This document shows, piece after piece, positions 18,733-28,771 of a stretch of 64,000 bases of DNA; the stretch's first letter is position 1; each line of letters opens with the position of its first letter. Source of the stretch: an uncultured Bacilli bacterium (lineage in GTDB: Bacteria; Bacillota_I; Bacilli_A; RF39; UBA660); NCBI GenBank assembly GCA_947626095.1, contig CANQQV010000002.1, positions 97,092-161,091 of the forward strand, read 5' to 3'. A program made the position numbers and the translations under genes. The notes under the pieces were generated by a model. That model saw nothing but the letters and a program-made list of their open reading frames with translations, searched no databases and had not been told where the DNA came from.

Positions 18733-20497
18733 TTTTTTCCTCCAGACGTTTTTCGATATTTTCTTGTTGTAGTTTTCTAAAGTCGACTTTACCTATCATG
18801 GTTTTAGGTAGACTTTTTCTAAATTCAAATTCTTTAGGTATTGAATAAGCTGCAAGATTCTTTTTACATAGTTCTAATAATTCTTCACGTAATTTAGGTG
18901 TATCTTTATATCCTTGTTTTAAGGCGATGTAAGCTTTAGCTACTTCAACTTTATAAGGATGTGGAATACCAATGACGGATGAGTCCATTACAGCTGGGTG
19001 TTGTTCTAGGACTTCTTCTATTTGGGATGGATAGACATTATAACCAGAGGTAACTATCATACGTTTAATACGTGATTTATAAGAGACGAAGCCATCTTTA
19101 TCCATAGAACCAATATCTCCACTATGCAACCAAACGTTGCCATCTTTATGAATATGAAGGGCATCGTTAGTTTCTTTTTCATTATTGTAGTAACCTAACA
19201 TAACAGTTGGACCACAAATACAGATTTCGCCTTCTTCCCCAATAGGAACTTCTTCATCTGTACCTGGTTTAGTAATTGAAACATAAGTACCTGGCCATGG
19301 AATACCAACAGTACCAGGACGTGAAGCAAATTTTAAGTCGAAAGTGATGGCCGCAACGGCCTCAGTCATACCATAACCTTGAGTTAAGTTAGTATTAGCA
19401 CCATGTTCATGTAAGAATTCATTTATCTTATTAACACGATCAGCGTTTAGGGTATCTCCACCAGCAATAACGTATTTTAAGTTAGATAAATCAACTTTAT
19501 CCATACGCGCATTAGTAGTTAAAGCTTCAAATAAGGTTGGTACGCCAACTAAAACACTAGGTTTATATTTAGTTAGTAGCTTATCAAATTCACTAGCTTT
19601 AAAAGTTGGAATTAAGATTACTTTAGCACCAACAGCAAAAGCATCAGTAATACTTACGGATAGACCAAAGCCATGGAAGATGGGCATGATAGCTAAGATA
19701 ATATCTTGTTTATCTAGATCAGGTAAAGCTCTTTCAGCTTGCATAGTAGCAGCATTAAAGTTACCGTTAGATAAGACGATACCCTTTGGCGTACCGGTAC
19801 TTCCGCCACTATGTAAAATAACTGCTGGAGTATCACGTTTAGTGTTTTCGGCGACTTTTTCAATTGTATAGTGTTCACCGTGTTTAATAAAGTCTTTCCA
19901 ATAGAGGAAGTCTTCACTCTTTTTAGGTTTTTCTACTTTATAACCTTGAGTTACTTCATAACCGATTTTCATTAAAGTAGACATAGAGTCTTTAGCCGAA
20001 ATAATAATTGTTTTGTATACTTCAGTTTCAGCTAATATATTTTTAATCTTACTATAAGTTATATCCATGGCAACTAACATAACGGTAGAATATCTTTTTA
20101 AAGCTTCTTTAATTTCATTTTCACTGGATAAAGGGTGAATCATGTTAGCGATGGCACCGATTTTATTAAGAGCATAGAAAGAGATAACAGCTTCAGGAAT
20201 ATTAGCTGATAAAACAGTGACAACATCGCCACGACGAATACCTTGACTTAAAAATGAACGAGCAACTAAATCAATATTTTGATAGAATTCATGATAAGTC
20301 ATTTTAGTACCAAAGTATTCAATAGCAATATGGTTTTTATAATTATTTTCTAAAGACTTATCTTTGATATATTTGTATATAGAAATATTTGGAACATCAA
20401 AATTCATTTGTTGTTTAGAATAGTATTTGCCCCATTTGGCTTTTGGTTTCTTCTTTAAACCAATAAAACTAAAAAACTTCATATCTAAAATTCCCAT
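18713..20497 (-). CDS. Long-chain fatty acid-CoA/ACP ligase (AMP-binding)
   Basis: HSGGSTGTPKG, GYGMTE, WLHSGD, SGYNVYP, LPKTMIGK. Confidence 0.9.
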   Translation of the reverse strand: MGILDMKFFSFIGLKKKPKAKWGKYYSKQQMNFDVPNISIYKYIKDKSLENNYKNHIAIEYFGTKMTYHEFYQNIDLVARSFLSQGIRRGDVVTVLSANIPEAVISFYALNKIGAIANMIHPLSSENEIKEALKRYSTVMLVAMDITYSKIKNILAETEVYKTIIISAKDSMSTLMKIGYEVTQGYKVEKPKKSEDFLYWKDFIKHGEHYTIEKVAENTKRDTPAVILHSGGSTGTPKGIVLSNGNFNAATMQAERALPDLDKQDIILAIMPIFHGFGLSVSITDAFAVGAKVILIPTFKASEFDKLLTKYKPSVLVGVPTLFEALTTNARMDKVDLSNLKYVIAGGDTLNADRVNKINEFLHEHGANTNLTQGYGMTEAVAAITFDLKFASRPGTVGIPWPGTYVSITKPGTDEEVPIGEEGEICICGPTVMLGYYNNEKETNDALHIHKDGNVWLHSGDIGSMDKDGFVSYKSRIKRMIVTSGYNVYPSQIEEVLEQHPAVMDSSVIGIPHPYKVEVAKAYIALKQGYKDTPKLREELLELCKKNLAAYSIPKEFEFRKSLPKTMIGKVDFRKLQQENIEKRLEEKNGKKEV

Positions 20498-20498
20498 A

Positions 20499-21080
20499 TT
20501 ATTTCCTCTTTTCTTCTAACTTTTCGCTAATTAATTGCATAAGTTTTTCATTTTCTTTAGTTAAATCATCAGATTTTATTTTATGTGGCTTTAAAAATTC
20601 AATTGTTAAATCATTTTTAAATAGTTTATATTTACCAGTAATAATAAATGGAATGATAGATGATTTAGTGTCATGAGCCATTTTGACAGCGCCGATTTTA
20701 AAAGGCATGACGATGTCTTTAGTACGATTGATTGTTCCTTCAGGAAAGATGCCAATTACTTTATTTTCTTTTAAAGCGTTAATGGCATTATCTAAAGCAC
20801 CTTTATCATGGATGGAACGATTAACAGGAATTATAGCCATGTTCTTAAAGATGATTTTTTTCCATCCTTTCATTAAAGAATCTTTAGCTAAAAAATGAAT
20901 AACATCTTTCGTACAATTAACTAAGAGTACACTATCAAAATTATTTGTGTGGTTGCCACATAAGACATATGGACCACCTTTTGGTATGTTTTCTAAACCA
21001 ATATATTTCGGATGAAAGAAGACTTTCATAAATATCTTTAGTAAGGGTCTTACTATTTTGTAAAATAATGGATCTTTCAT
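20499..21080 (-). CDS. plsC: Second PlsC-family lysophospholipid acyltransferase
   Basis: NHTNNFD (HX4D) and FPEGT. Confidence 0.85.
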   Translation of the reverse strand: MKDPLFYKIVRPLLKIFMKVFFHPKYIGLENIPKGGPYVLCGNHTNNFDSVLLVNCTKDVIHFLAKDSLMKGWKKIIFKNMAIIPVNRSIHDKGALDNAINALKENKVIGIFPEGTINRTKDIVMPFKIGAVKMAHDTKSSIIPFIITGKYKLFKNDLTIEFLKPHKIKSDDLTKENEKLMQLISEKLEEKRK

Positions 21081-21166
21081 TGAATCGCATCCTTAATAAT
21101 TAATGTATACATTTATTTTATCATATATTCAAAAGATATTCTATGCAAGAAAAAAAACAGATTTAA

Positions 21167-21865
21167 TTATCTGTTATTATATTTAGTTAAGTCGTAACGC
21201 AAATCAAGGGTTTTATTATAAGCGATGGCAGAATCGTCATTTTTAATGATTAATAAATACCACCATGATTCATTTTCTTTGATTTTAGTCGAAGTTAAGT
21301 CTTTTTCATTTTCAATAATAAGTGATGGGAAGATATTGATGGAATAAACATTTTCTAAAGCTATGTCATTACCAAAGGTTGTATAGAATTCTTCTTCCGT
21401 ATAACCCATTTCAGTTAAAGCATCTAAACCATTGGTATAGTTATAAGTACCATGATAATAGTTATCATTTAATTCGTTATAAGTATTATACCAGTAGAAG
21501 TTTTCGTCTTGAGAAAAGACAAATAATTCATTATTTTGCGAAGTCCACATACCTAACTTGCTTGGTTCAAATTGCTTTTCATTATCATGATCTAATTGGT
21601 CTTGAACTTTAGGAGTTGATAAAAAATTAGATAGTAAGACAAGGTTGACTAAGATTAAAGCAATTATTAAAAAGATGGAAATGGTATTAAAAGATAGATT
21701 AGAAGAAGGTTTCTTTTTAGCAGTACTGACTTTTTTGACTTTTAAAGGAACTTCTTTTAACTTAACGTCCTTAGGTAATTTATTTTTTAAGACTGTTTTT
21801 TGACAATTTGGACATTTAGATGCGCTCTTAGGAAGCTTTTTACCACATTTTGGACATTTAGCCAT
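21167..21865 (-). CDS. Zinc-ribbon, single-TM membrane protein
   Basis: CPKC...CPNC at the N-terminus, one TM, then an extracellular domain. Confidence 0.7.
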   Translation of the reverse strand: MAKCPKCGKKLPKSASKCPNCQKTVLKNKLPKDVKLKEVPLKVKKVSTAKKKPSSNLSFNTISIFLIIALILVNLVLLSNFLSTPKVQDQLDHDNEKQFEPSKLGMWTSQNNELFVFSQDENFYWYNTYNELNDNYYHGTYNYTNGLDALTEMGYTEEEFYTTFGNDIALENVYSINIFPSLIIENEKDLTSTKIKENESWWYLLIIKNDDSAIAYNKTLDLRYDLTKYNNR

Positions 21866-21915
21866 TTTTACCACCTTCTATTCTTTTTAATATTAACAAA
21901 TAATTGAGGAAAAGA

Positions 21916-22785
21916 CTACCCTTTTTCTACTAATTTATGACTTAAATTAATATCGATAAATTTAATATGGTATTTTAACTTTTTAATTTTATTACGTATT
22001 TCTGATTCAATAGTTAATAATTTGTAGACACGAATATTTTTTAAAATATCAATATATAGTTCTAAAGTATAATAATTACCATTTTTAACTAGTTCCATAT
22101 CTTTATAAGATACTTCTTCATATTTATTTAAAATTGATTTAATATGTGTTTCTATTTCATAGTTATCTTCGACTTCACCAATTAAAGATAAGATATTATC
22201 TTTGAAAAGACCTAAAGAAGTTTTAACAATTAGTAAACCAAGAATAACACCTCCGACTGTATCAGCATACTGCAAGATTTCAATTTGAGATGAAAACTGA
22301 GAAAGAATAATAATGATTACGACACCTAAAGAAGTTATCATATCATCTTCTGATTCTTTACTAGTAGTTATCAGAATTGGACTATTATGTTTTAGACCTT
22401 TCATCATTAAGAAACGCGAATTGATTAGTTTTAAAATAACAGTGAAGATAATAACTATTATCCATAAAACATTAATCGGATGAGAAGGATTAACAATACT
22501 ATTATAGATGGTATATATACCCATTAAAAGGATAACCGCCGCAATAAATAAGTCAACTAAATATTGGATACGGCCAAAGCCATCCGGATATTTTTTATTA
22601 GCTTTTTTATAACTTAATTTAGTACCAAAATAAGCGATTATATCTGTTATAAAACCAGATATAGAGTGAAAGCCATCAGCTATCATTGATTTACTTTCAC
22701 AATAAATACCAACAACTAATTTAGTAGATGAGCAAATAAAATTGATTAACATACTAAATAATAAAGGTTTACTTTCTTCTTTCAT
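21916..22785 (-). CDS. Cation diffusion facilitator (CDF) transporter
   Basis: SKSMIADGFHS and KYPDGFGR motifs, about 6 TM, C-terminal dimerisation domain. Confidence 0.88.
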   Translation of the reverse strand: MKEESKPLLFSMLINFICSSTKLVVGIYCESKSMIADGFHSISGFITDIIAYFGTKLSYKKANKKYPDGFGRIQYLVDLFIAAVILLMGIYTIYNSIVNPSHPINVLWIIVIIFTVILKLINSRFLMMKGLKHNSPILITTSKESEDDMITSLGVVIIIILSQFSSQIEILQYADTVGGVILGLLIVKTSLGLFKDNILSLIGEVEDNYEIETHIKSILNKYEEVSYKDMELVKNGNYYTLELYIDILKNIRVYKLLTIESEIRNKIKKLKYHIKFIDINLSHKLVEKG

Positions 22786-22813
22786 TTATATCACTTCCTA
22801 ATTTCTATTTAAT

Positions 22814-24118
22814 TTATGCACCAGCAAATTCTTGAACATAGTAGGTACGTCCATTTAAAGTATATTTGCCAATACCAATTTTGGTAAGGCGTGGATTAAT
22901 CATAGTGGCATAATGAGTACTAGAGTTATGCCATTGTTCACAAGCACGTAAGTCAGTACTTGAATTATAGGCAAGATTTTCAGCAAGAGCATTATATATA
23001 TTACCTAAAGTTTTTTGACCAAAATATTCATCGTGTAAAGTAAAACAACCTTTATTACCTGGTCGAATATGATCAAAATTATTAGAATAAGCCAATTCGA
23101 TAGCTTTAATAGTAGCTATAATACTTAAATCATAATCTAAAGTTAAAGCTGGAACATCAACATCAGCACGGAAACGATTAGTTTCTTCAAGAATAGTATT
23201 TCTTGAACTGCTTTGACTACTATATAAGCTTTTGGCTTCATTACTCATTTGTGACACAGTACCATTAAAAGTAGTGAAATTAATATCTTGTTCAGGAGCT
23301 GTTCGACTAGATTCGACTTTACTTCCATCGCTATATAATTTATATGTTACAGTATAATAGGTTTCTTTTTTGACGCCATATTTTATAGCTTCCGAAGCAA
23401 TAATGACTTTTTCTTGAACGTCTTTGACATATTTTTTAGTTGTAGTAGTTGTAGTAGGTTTTTTAGTGGTTACTATTGGCTTTTTATTAATAGTTAATTT
23501 GGTAATACCATCAGTACAGTTACCAGATTTGTCACAAACTTTTAACTTTATTTCATAATGGCCTTCTTTAGTTAAAGATGCTTTGCTTTCGTCTAAGTAA
23601 GTGGCGTTATATTCAGAATCATTACTATTATCATTATATTCTTGAATAAAGGAAGTAATATTATATTTATCGCCTTCAGTAATTGTTAGTTCTTGTAACT
23701 TAATTGTTGGTGGGGTTAAATCAATTACTTTTAATAGTGATTCATCTTGATCATTAATGACTACTTTATATTCATTTACCGCTTTTAAATAATATTTATT
23801 ATCTTTAATAGTAGTAATATCTTCTAATTTAACTTCTTGATCAGCTAAATAATATTTTATTTCTTCTTTATCTTGTTCTTCATAATTATCATAGTAATCA
23901 CTTATTTTGGGCAATTCACTACCTACTTCAAGACTTAATTCTTTTTTGACATTCATGAATATTTTAATTTCATTTTTAATGGGATATGATGCTGGTTGGT
24001 TATTATGTTGATTAGCAAAGATTTTATTATTAAGCAAAAGAGACAAACTAATGATAACTAAAGCAATGGTTACTATACTTAATATTAATATGGTTTTATT
24101 ATCATTTGTTTTCATCAT
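22814..24118 (-). CDS. Surface protein with Ig-like repeat, Thr/Lys linker and C-terminal CAP (SCP) domain
   Basis: N-terminal TM; DLTPPTI...DKSGN; TNRFRA, FDHIRP, AENLA, WHNSSTH, IGIG, YYVQEF. Confidence 0.82.
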   Translation of the reverse strand: MMKTNDNKTILILSIVTIALVIISLSLLLNNKIFANQHNNQPASYPIKNEIKIFMNVKKELSLEVGSELPKISDYYDNYEEQDKEEIKYYLADQEVKLEDITTIKDNKYYLKAVNEYKVVINDQDESLLKVIDLTPPTIKLQELTITEGDKYNITSFIQEYNDNSNDSEYNATYLDESKASLTKEGHYEIKLKVCDKSGNCTDGITKLTINKKPIVTTKKPTTTTTTKKYVKDVQEKVIIASEAIKYGVKKETYYTVTYKLYSDGSKVESSRTAPEQDINFTTFNGTVSQMSNEAKSLYSSQSSSRNTILEETNRFRADVDVPALTLDYDLSIIATIKAIELAYSNNFDHIRPGNKGCFTLHDEYFGQKTLGNIYNALAENLAYNSSTDLRACEQWHNSSTHYATMINPRLTKIGIGKYTLNGRTYYVQEFAGA

Positions 24119-24221
24119 ACCACCAACTATTTTATATTATATCAAATATTTGGGATTTAGTTAATTTACTTCTTATTTATCTCATGATATAATTTATTAG
24201 AATAATAAAAGGAGAATGGTT

Positions 24222-26579
24222 ATGAACGAGTATGATACTAGAGAATATTTAGAAAAGTTAAATAAATACTGGAATGCCGCGAATTATTTATCAGCTTGTC
24301 AACTTTACTTATTGGATAATCCATTATTAAAAAGAAGTTTAAGACGAGAAGATGTGAAGAAAAAGATTGTTGGTCACTGGGGAACAGTACCTGGTCAATC
24401 TTTTGTTTATACACATTTAAATCGTGTTATTAATAAATATGATTTAGATATGATATATGTTTCTGGTCCAGGTCATGGTGGAAATGCAGTGGTTAGTCAT
24501 GTATATCTTGAAGGAAGTTATAGTGAAGTATACCCTTCAGTTTCACAAGATGAAAGAGGTTTACAAAAATTATTTAAACAATTCTCTTTCCCAGGGGGAA
24601 TATCTTCCCATGTAGCACCAGAAACACCTGGTTCAATTAATGAAGGTGGTGAGTTAGGTTATTCATTAGCTCATGCTTTTGGAGCCGTTTTTGATAATCC
24701 AGATTTAATCGCCGCTGTAGTGGTTGGTGATGGTGAAGCAGAAACTGCCAGTTTAGCAACTTCATGGCAATCAAATAAGTTTTTAAATCCGAAAAATGAT
24801 GGAGCTGTCTTACCTATTCTACATTTAAATGGTTATAAAATTAGTAATCCAACGATTTTATCACGTATTAGTGAAGATGAATTAGTAAGTTTCTTCCATG
24901 GTTGTGGTTGGGAACCAATTATTGTTGCTGGTGATGATCCAATGACAATGCATAAAGAAATGGCAACAGCTTTAGATAAATGTATTGAAAAAATTAAAAA
25001 GATTCAAGAAAAAGCTCGTAATAGCGCAACATATAAAAGACCTTTCTGGCCAATGATTATATTAAGAACACCTAAAGGATGGACGGGTCCTAAAGTAGTT
25101 AATGGTAAACAAATTGAAGGATCATTTAGAGCTCACCAAGTACCTATTGATATGAGTGGTGAAAATGATTTAGATACATTAGAAAATTGGTTAAGAAGTT
25201 ATCATCCAGAAGAATTATTTGATGAGAATGGTCGTTTAATACCAGAGTTACAAGCTTTAAGTCCTAAAGGTACTAGAAGAATGGGAAGTAATCCTCATGC
25301 TAATGGTGGTAAAATACTTAAAGATTTAATCTTACCTGATTTTAGAAAATATGCTTTAGACATTAAGAAACCAGGTGAAGTTGAAGCACAAGATATGATT
25401 GAACTTGGTAATTATGTTAGAGATGTCTTTAAATTAAATAAAGAAAATAAGAATTTCCGTATCTTTGGTCCAGATGAAACAATGTCTAATAGATTGAATC
25501 ATAGTTTTGAAGCCGAAAATAGAAGCTGGATGGGTGAAATAAAAGATACAGATGAGTTCTTAGCTCAAGATGGTCGTATCATGGATGGAATGCTTTCAGA
25601 AAATATGTGTGAAGGATGGCTTGAAGGATATATCTTAACTGGTCGTCATGGATTCTTTGCTAGTTATGAAGCGTTTGTTAGAGTTATTGATTCAATGGCT
25701 AGTCAACATGCTAAATGGTTAAAGATAACTAAACCTATTCCATGGCGTGAAGAAATAGCTTCTTTAAACTATATTTTAACTAGTAATGTATGGCAACAAG
25801 ATCATAATGGTTATACACATCAAGACCCTGGATTCTTAGATCATATAGCGACAAAGAAAGCAGATATCGTTCGTATGTATTTGCCTCCAGATACTAACTG
25901 CTTATTATCTTGTTTTGAACACTGTTTAAAGAGTAAAGAATATATTAATGTTTTAGTTACATCTAAACATCCAAGACCTCAATGGTTAACAATGGAACAA
26001 GCTGTTAAACATTGTACCCAAGGTTTAGGTATTTGGGATTTTGCTAGTAATGATCAAGAACAAGAACCGGATTTAATAATGGCTTGTTGTGGTGAAACCC
26101 CTACTCTAGAAAGTTTAGCGGCGGTTTCAATTTTACGTGAACATTTACCTAAATTAAAAATAAGATTTATAAATGTTGTTGACTTATTTAAATTACAAAC
26201 GAAGAGTAAACATCCACATGGTTTAAGTGATGAAGATTATGATGCTTTATTTACAAAGAAAAAACCAATTATCTTTAACTTCCATGGCTATCCTACGCTA
26301 ATTCATGAATTATTATATGAAAGATTTAATCATAATATCGTAGTTAAAGGTTATATTGAAGAAGGTTCAATTACAACACCATTTGATATGAGAGTTCAAA
26401 ATGAAATCGATCGTTATCATTTAGTAATTGAAGCTTGTAAGATGGTACCTAATTTAGGTAGTAAAGGTGTTTACTTACAAAAGTTAATGAAAGAAAAATT
26501 AGTTGAACATAAAGAATTCATTCATGAGTTTGGTTATGATATGCCAGAAGTTAGTGAATGGAAATGGAAAAATGAATAA
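24222..26579 (+). CDS. xfp: Xylulose-5-P/fructose-6-P phosphoketolase
   Basis: GHWGT, EGGELGY, TPP motif [19 protein letters not shown]. Second ATG is better spaced from RBS AGGAGA. Confidence 0.96.
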   Translation: MNEYDTREYLEKLNKYWNAANYLSACQLYLLDNPLLKRSLRREDVKKKIVGHWGTVPGQSFVYTHLNRVINKYDLDMIYVSGPGHGGNAVVSHVYLEGSYSEVYPSVSQDERGLQKLFKQFSFPGGISSHVAPETPGSINEGGELGYSLAHAFGAVFDNPDLIAAVVVGDGEAETASLATSWQSNKFLNPKNDGAVLPILHLNGYKISNPTILSRISEDELVSFFHGCGWEPIIVAGDDPMTMHKEMATALDKCIEKIKKIQEKARNSATYKRPFWPMIILRTPKGWTGPKVVNGKQIEGSFRAHQVPIDMSGENDLDTLENWLRSYHPEELFDENGRLIPELQALSPKGTRRMGSNPHANGGKILKDLILPDFRKYALDIKKPGEVEAQDMIELGNYVRDVFKLNKENKNFRIFGPDETMSNRLNHSFEAENRSWMGEIKDTDEFLAQDGRIMDGMLSENMCEGWLEGYILTGRHGFFASYEAFVRVIDSMASQHAKWLKITKPIPWREEIASLNYILTSNVWQQDHNGYTHQDPGFLDHIATKKADIVRMYLPPDTNCLLSCFEHCLKSKEYINVLVTSKHPRPQWLTMEQAVKHCTQGLGIWDFASNDQEQEPDLIMACCGETPTLESLAAVSILREHLPKLKIRFINVVDLFKLQTKSKHPHGLSDEDYDALFTKKKPIIFNFHGYPTLIHELLYERFNHNIVVKGYIEEGSITTPFDMRVQNEIDRYHLVIEACKMVPNLGSKGVYLQKLMKEKLVEHKEFIHEFGYDMPEVSEWKWKNE

Positions 26580-26592
26580 TAAGAAAAACTCG

Positions 26593-27360
26593 TTAATAAT
26601 TATAACGAGTTTTTTTGTTTTTAATTAATTTAATAACTAAGTAAATAGCTAATAAGATAATGCCGATGATAAAGCTATAAATAGCGACATGATTTAAAAT
26701 ATTTTGTAAATAGTTAACGACATTAGCGACTATTTCATACTCGGCTATTTCAGCTTTTAATTTATATTTTAGGACAATACCTAGAGCATACATACCGACT
26801 GTATCCATGATAAAAATATAAGCTAAATCAGAAATGAGTTTTAAGATATTACGATTAATTAAGAAATAAATTATTAGAATGACAATAAAAGCTATAATAG
26901 CAATAATTGGGGTTGAATCAAGATTTAATAAGTAAAATATAACAGTCATATGATCTTTTTTTAATTGCATATTTTCTTTTAAGTTTTTATCTAAGGCTTC
27001 AATATTAGTGTTAATAAAGGAACGATCAATCTTAATATCTTTAGCTTGTTCGTAACTATCACAATATTTATTTAAAATGTTTGTTAATTCATCAAGCGAA
27101 GGTGTTTGTTTTAAAAGACCAATATTATATTGAAGATAATTACTTAGTAAATTACTATATACTTTATTTAATTCCTTTTGATCAATATAATCGTTAAAAT
27201 CAGGAAGACTATTTTCAATTATGACATTGTTATCGGTAAATAACATTTTTTCGATATTAGAACTAGATAAGAAGTTTTTTAAGATATAACTAGCTAAGAT
27301 AGTGGTTAAAGATAATAAAAGTAAAAGACTTAAAATGTAGTTAATAACTTTTTTTAACAT
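26593..27360 (-). CDS. Hypothetical multi-pass membrane protein
   Basis: About 4 hydrophobic segments; last gene of the 32084-26593 run. Confidence 0.65.
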   Translation of the reverse strand: MLKKVINYILSLLLLLSLTTILASYILKNFLSSSNIEKMLFTDNNVIIENSLPDFNDYIDQKELNKVYSNLLSNYLQYNIGLLKQTPSLDELTNILNKYCDSYEQAKDIKIDRSFINTNIEALDKNLKENMQLKKDHMTVIFYLLNLDSTPIIAIIAFIVILIIYFLINRNILKLISDLAYIFIMDTVGMYALGIVLKYKLKAEIAEYEIVANVVNYLQNILNHVAIYSFIIGIILLAIYLVIKLIKNKKTRYNY

Positions 27361-27362
27361 AA

Positions 27363-28394
27363 CTACTCTCTTACTAAGTACCATTCTTGTAAGTAGTTAT
27401 TAGGACTACCACAGTATTCACAAGTGTTTTTAGTAATATCAATAGATGCACCACAACTACGACATTTAATAATATTAACTTCTTTATCTAATTTAAGAGG
27501 AGAAACGTTATTTCTTTTAAAAGTAAAGTTTTCAATTTTTTCATCTTTAACTAGTTTATCATTAAGATAAGTTATGGTACGTAATTTGACTTTTACTTTA
27601 ACATATAAGTTTTTATTTTGGACATAATCATTAAATTCTAAGTAATCAATAATGTCATAATCGATGAGATTCGTATTTACTTGATCATCGAAATAATAAT
27701 TTTTTAATTCATAATTTAGATTGTTAAAGAAAGTATTTTTATTAACACCTTGTTCATTCATTCTGTTCCAAAAAGCTATTTGTTTTTGATTTTGTCTATC
27801 TTTATACATTTCCAAAGGTAAAATAACGATAAAAGCATCGATGATATAAAAAACATAATAGAATGCAACACCTAGGCAACCACCAATGATAAAGATTTTA
27901 GCAATATCATAAATATTGAAAGTACGACTACTAATTTTAACGTAAAAGTACATTAAGATAATACAGAAGATAATGTCAATAATGAAAGTAATAATAGAAT
28001 ATATATTACTATTTACAACTTGATCATAATGATACTTAGTACCTAGACTTTTATTACTATAATCCATATTGTAATATGTATGACAGTATGGGCAGCCATC
28101 TTTGAATTTTTTTACTTTATCAGTATAACCACAGTTTGGACAAGTTATCTTTTTATCACTACTATCAAAGACAAAGGTATAAGTTAGACGAGGATCAAAG
28201 TTATATGTTTTTAATAAAAGCTTTTGATCTTTATAGTAATCTTTTTCTAAGATAATACCATTAATGACATTATCGTTATGGGAATTGTTAGAGTTTCTTT
28301 CTAATCTTTTATTATCAGCTTTATAAATTGTTTTGATATTGATATTATACTTATCTAATCTTTTAGTATGTAATCTTTCCGTAATAAGAGTCAT
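27363..28394 (-). CDS. Membrane protein with two zinc ribbons
   Basis: CPNC..CPYC, two TM segments, C-terminal CRSCGA...CEYCG. Confidence 0.7.
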   Translation of the reverse strand: MTLITERLHTKRLDKYNINIKTIYKADNKRLERNSNNSHNDNVINGIILEKDYYKDQKLLLKTYNFDPRLTYTFVFDSSDKKITCPNCGYTDKVKKFKDGCPYCHTYYNMDYSNKSLGTKYHYDQVVNSNIYSIITFIIDIIFCIILMYFYVKISSRTFNIYDIAKIFIIGGCLGVAFYYVFYIIDAFIVILPLEMYKDRQNQKQIAFWNRMNEQGVNKNTFFNNLNYELKNYYFDDQVNTNLIDYDIIDYLEFNDYVQNKNLYVKVKVKLRTITYLNDKLVKDEKIENFTFKRNNVSPLKLDKEVNIIKCRSCGASIDITKNTCEYCGSPNNYLQEWYLVRE

Positions 28395-28406
28395 TTTAGT
28401 TCCCTC

Positions 28407-28769
28407 CTAATTATTATTGTTGTTATTATTGTTGTTATTGTTATTATTGTTGTTATTATTTGATGAAGAGCCACCACTATATGAACTACTACTAGGAGTA
28501 TAATGCGGATATAAAGTAAAGCCACTATTAGTTAATTTAAGACCATCAATAGAACTATCTTTAAGGGTGGTAGGAATATTTTTTAGAAGACTACCATTCG
28601 CCGTAATAAGAGAAATAATATTAGCGGTAGCTGTTAAGTAGTTGGCAGGATCATTATTCATAAAATCGTATATTTCATCAAGATTATCTTCAGATATAGA
28701 ATAACGTTTAGCTAAATCCATACATTGTTTGACTTTAACTAATTCATTATATGTTTCTGGTTCTTTCAT
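28407..28769 (-). CDS. Small hypothetical protein with a Ser/Gly-rich and poly-Asn tail
   Basis: Starts 2 nt after the radical SAM stop; ends in SSSSYSGGSSS followed by 17 Asn. Confidence 0.7.
   Translation of the reverse strand: MKEPETYNELVKVKQCMDLAKRYSISEDNLDEIYDFMNNDPANYLTATANIISLITANGSLLKNIPTTLKDSSIDGLKLTNSGFTLYPHYTPSSSSYSGGSSSNNNNNNNNNNNNNNNNN
28410..28460 (-). repeat. (AAY)17 coding trinucleotide repeat
   Basis: Mixed AAT/AAC codons immediately before the TAG stop. Confidence 0.9.
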
Positions 28770-28771
28770 AA

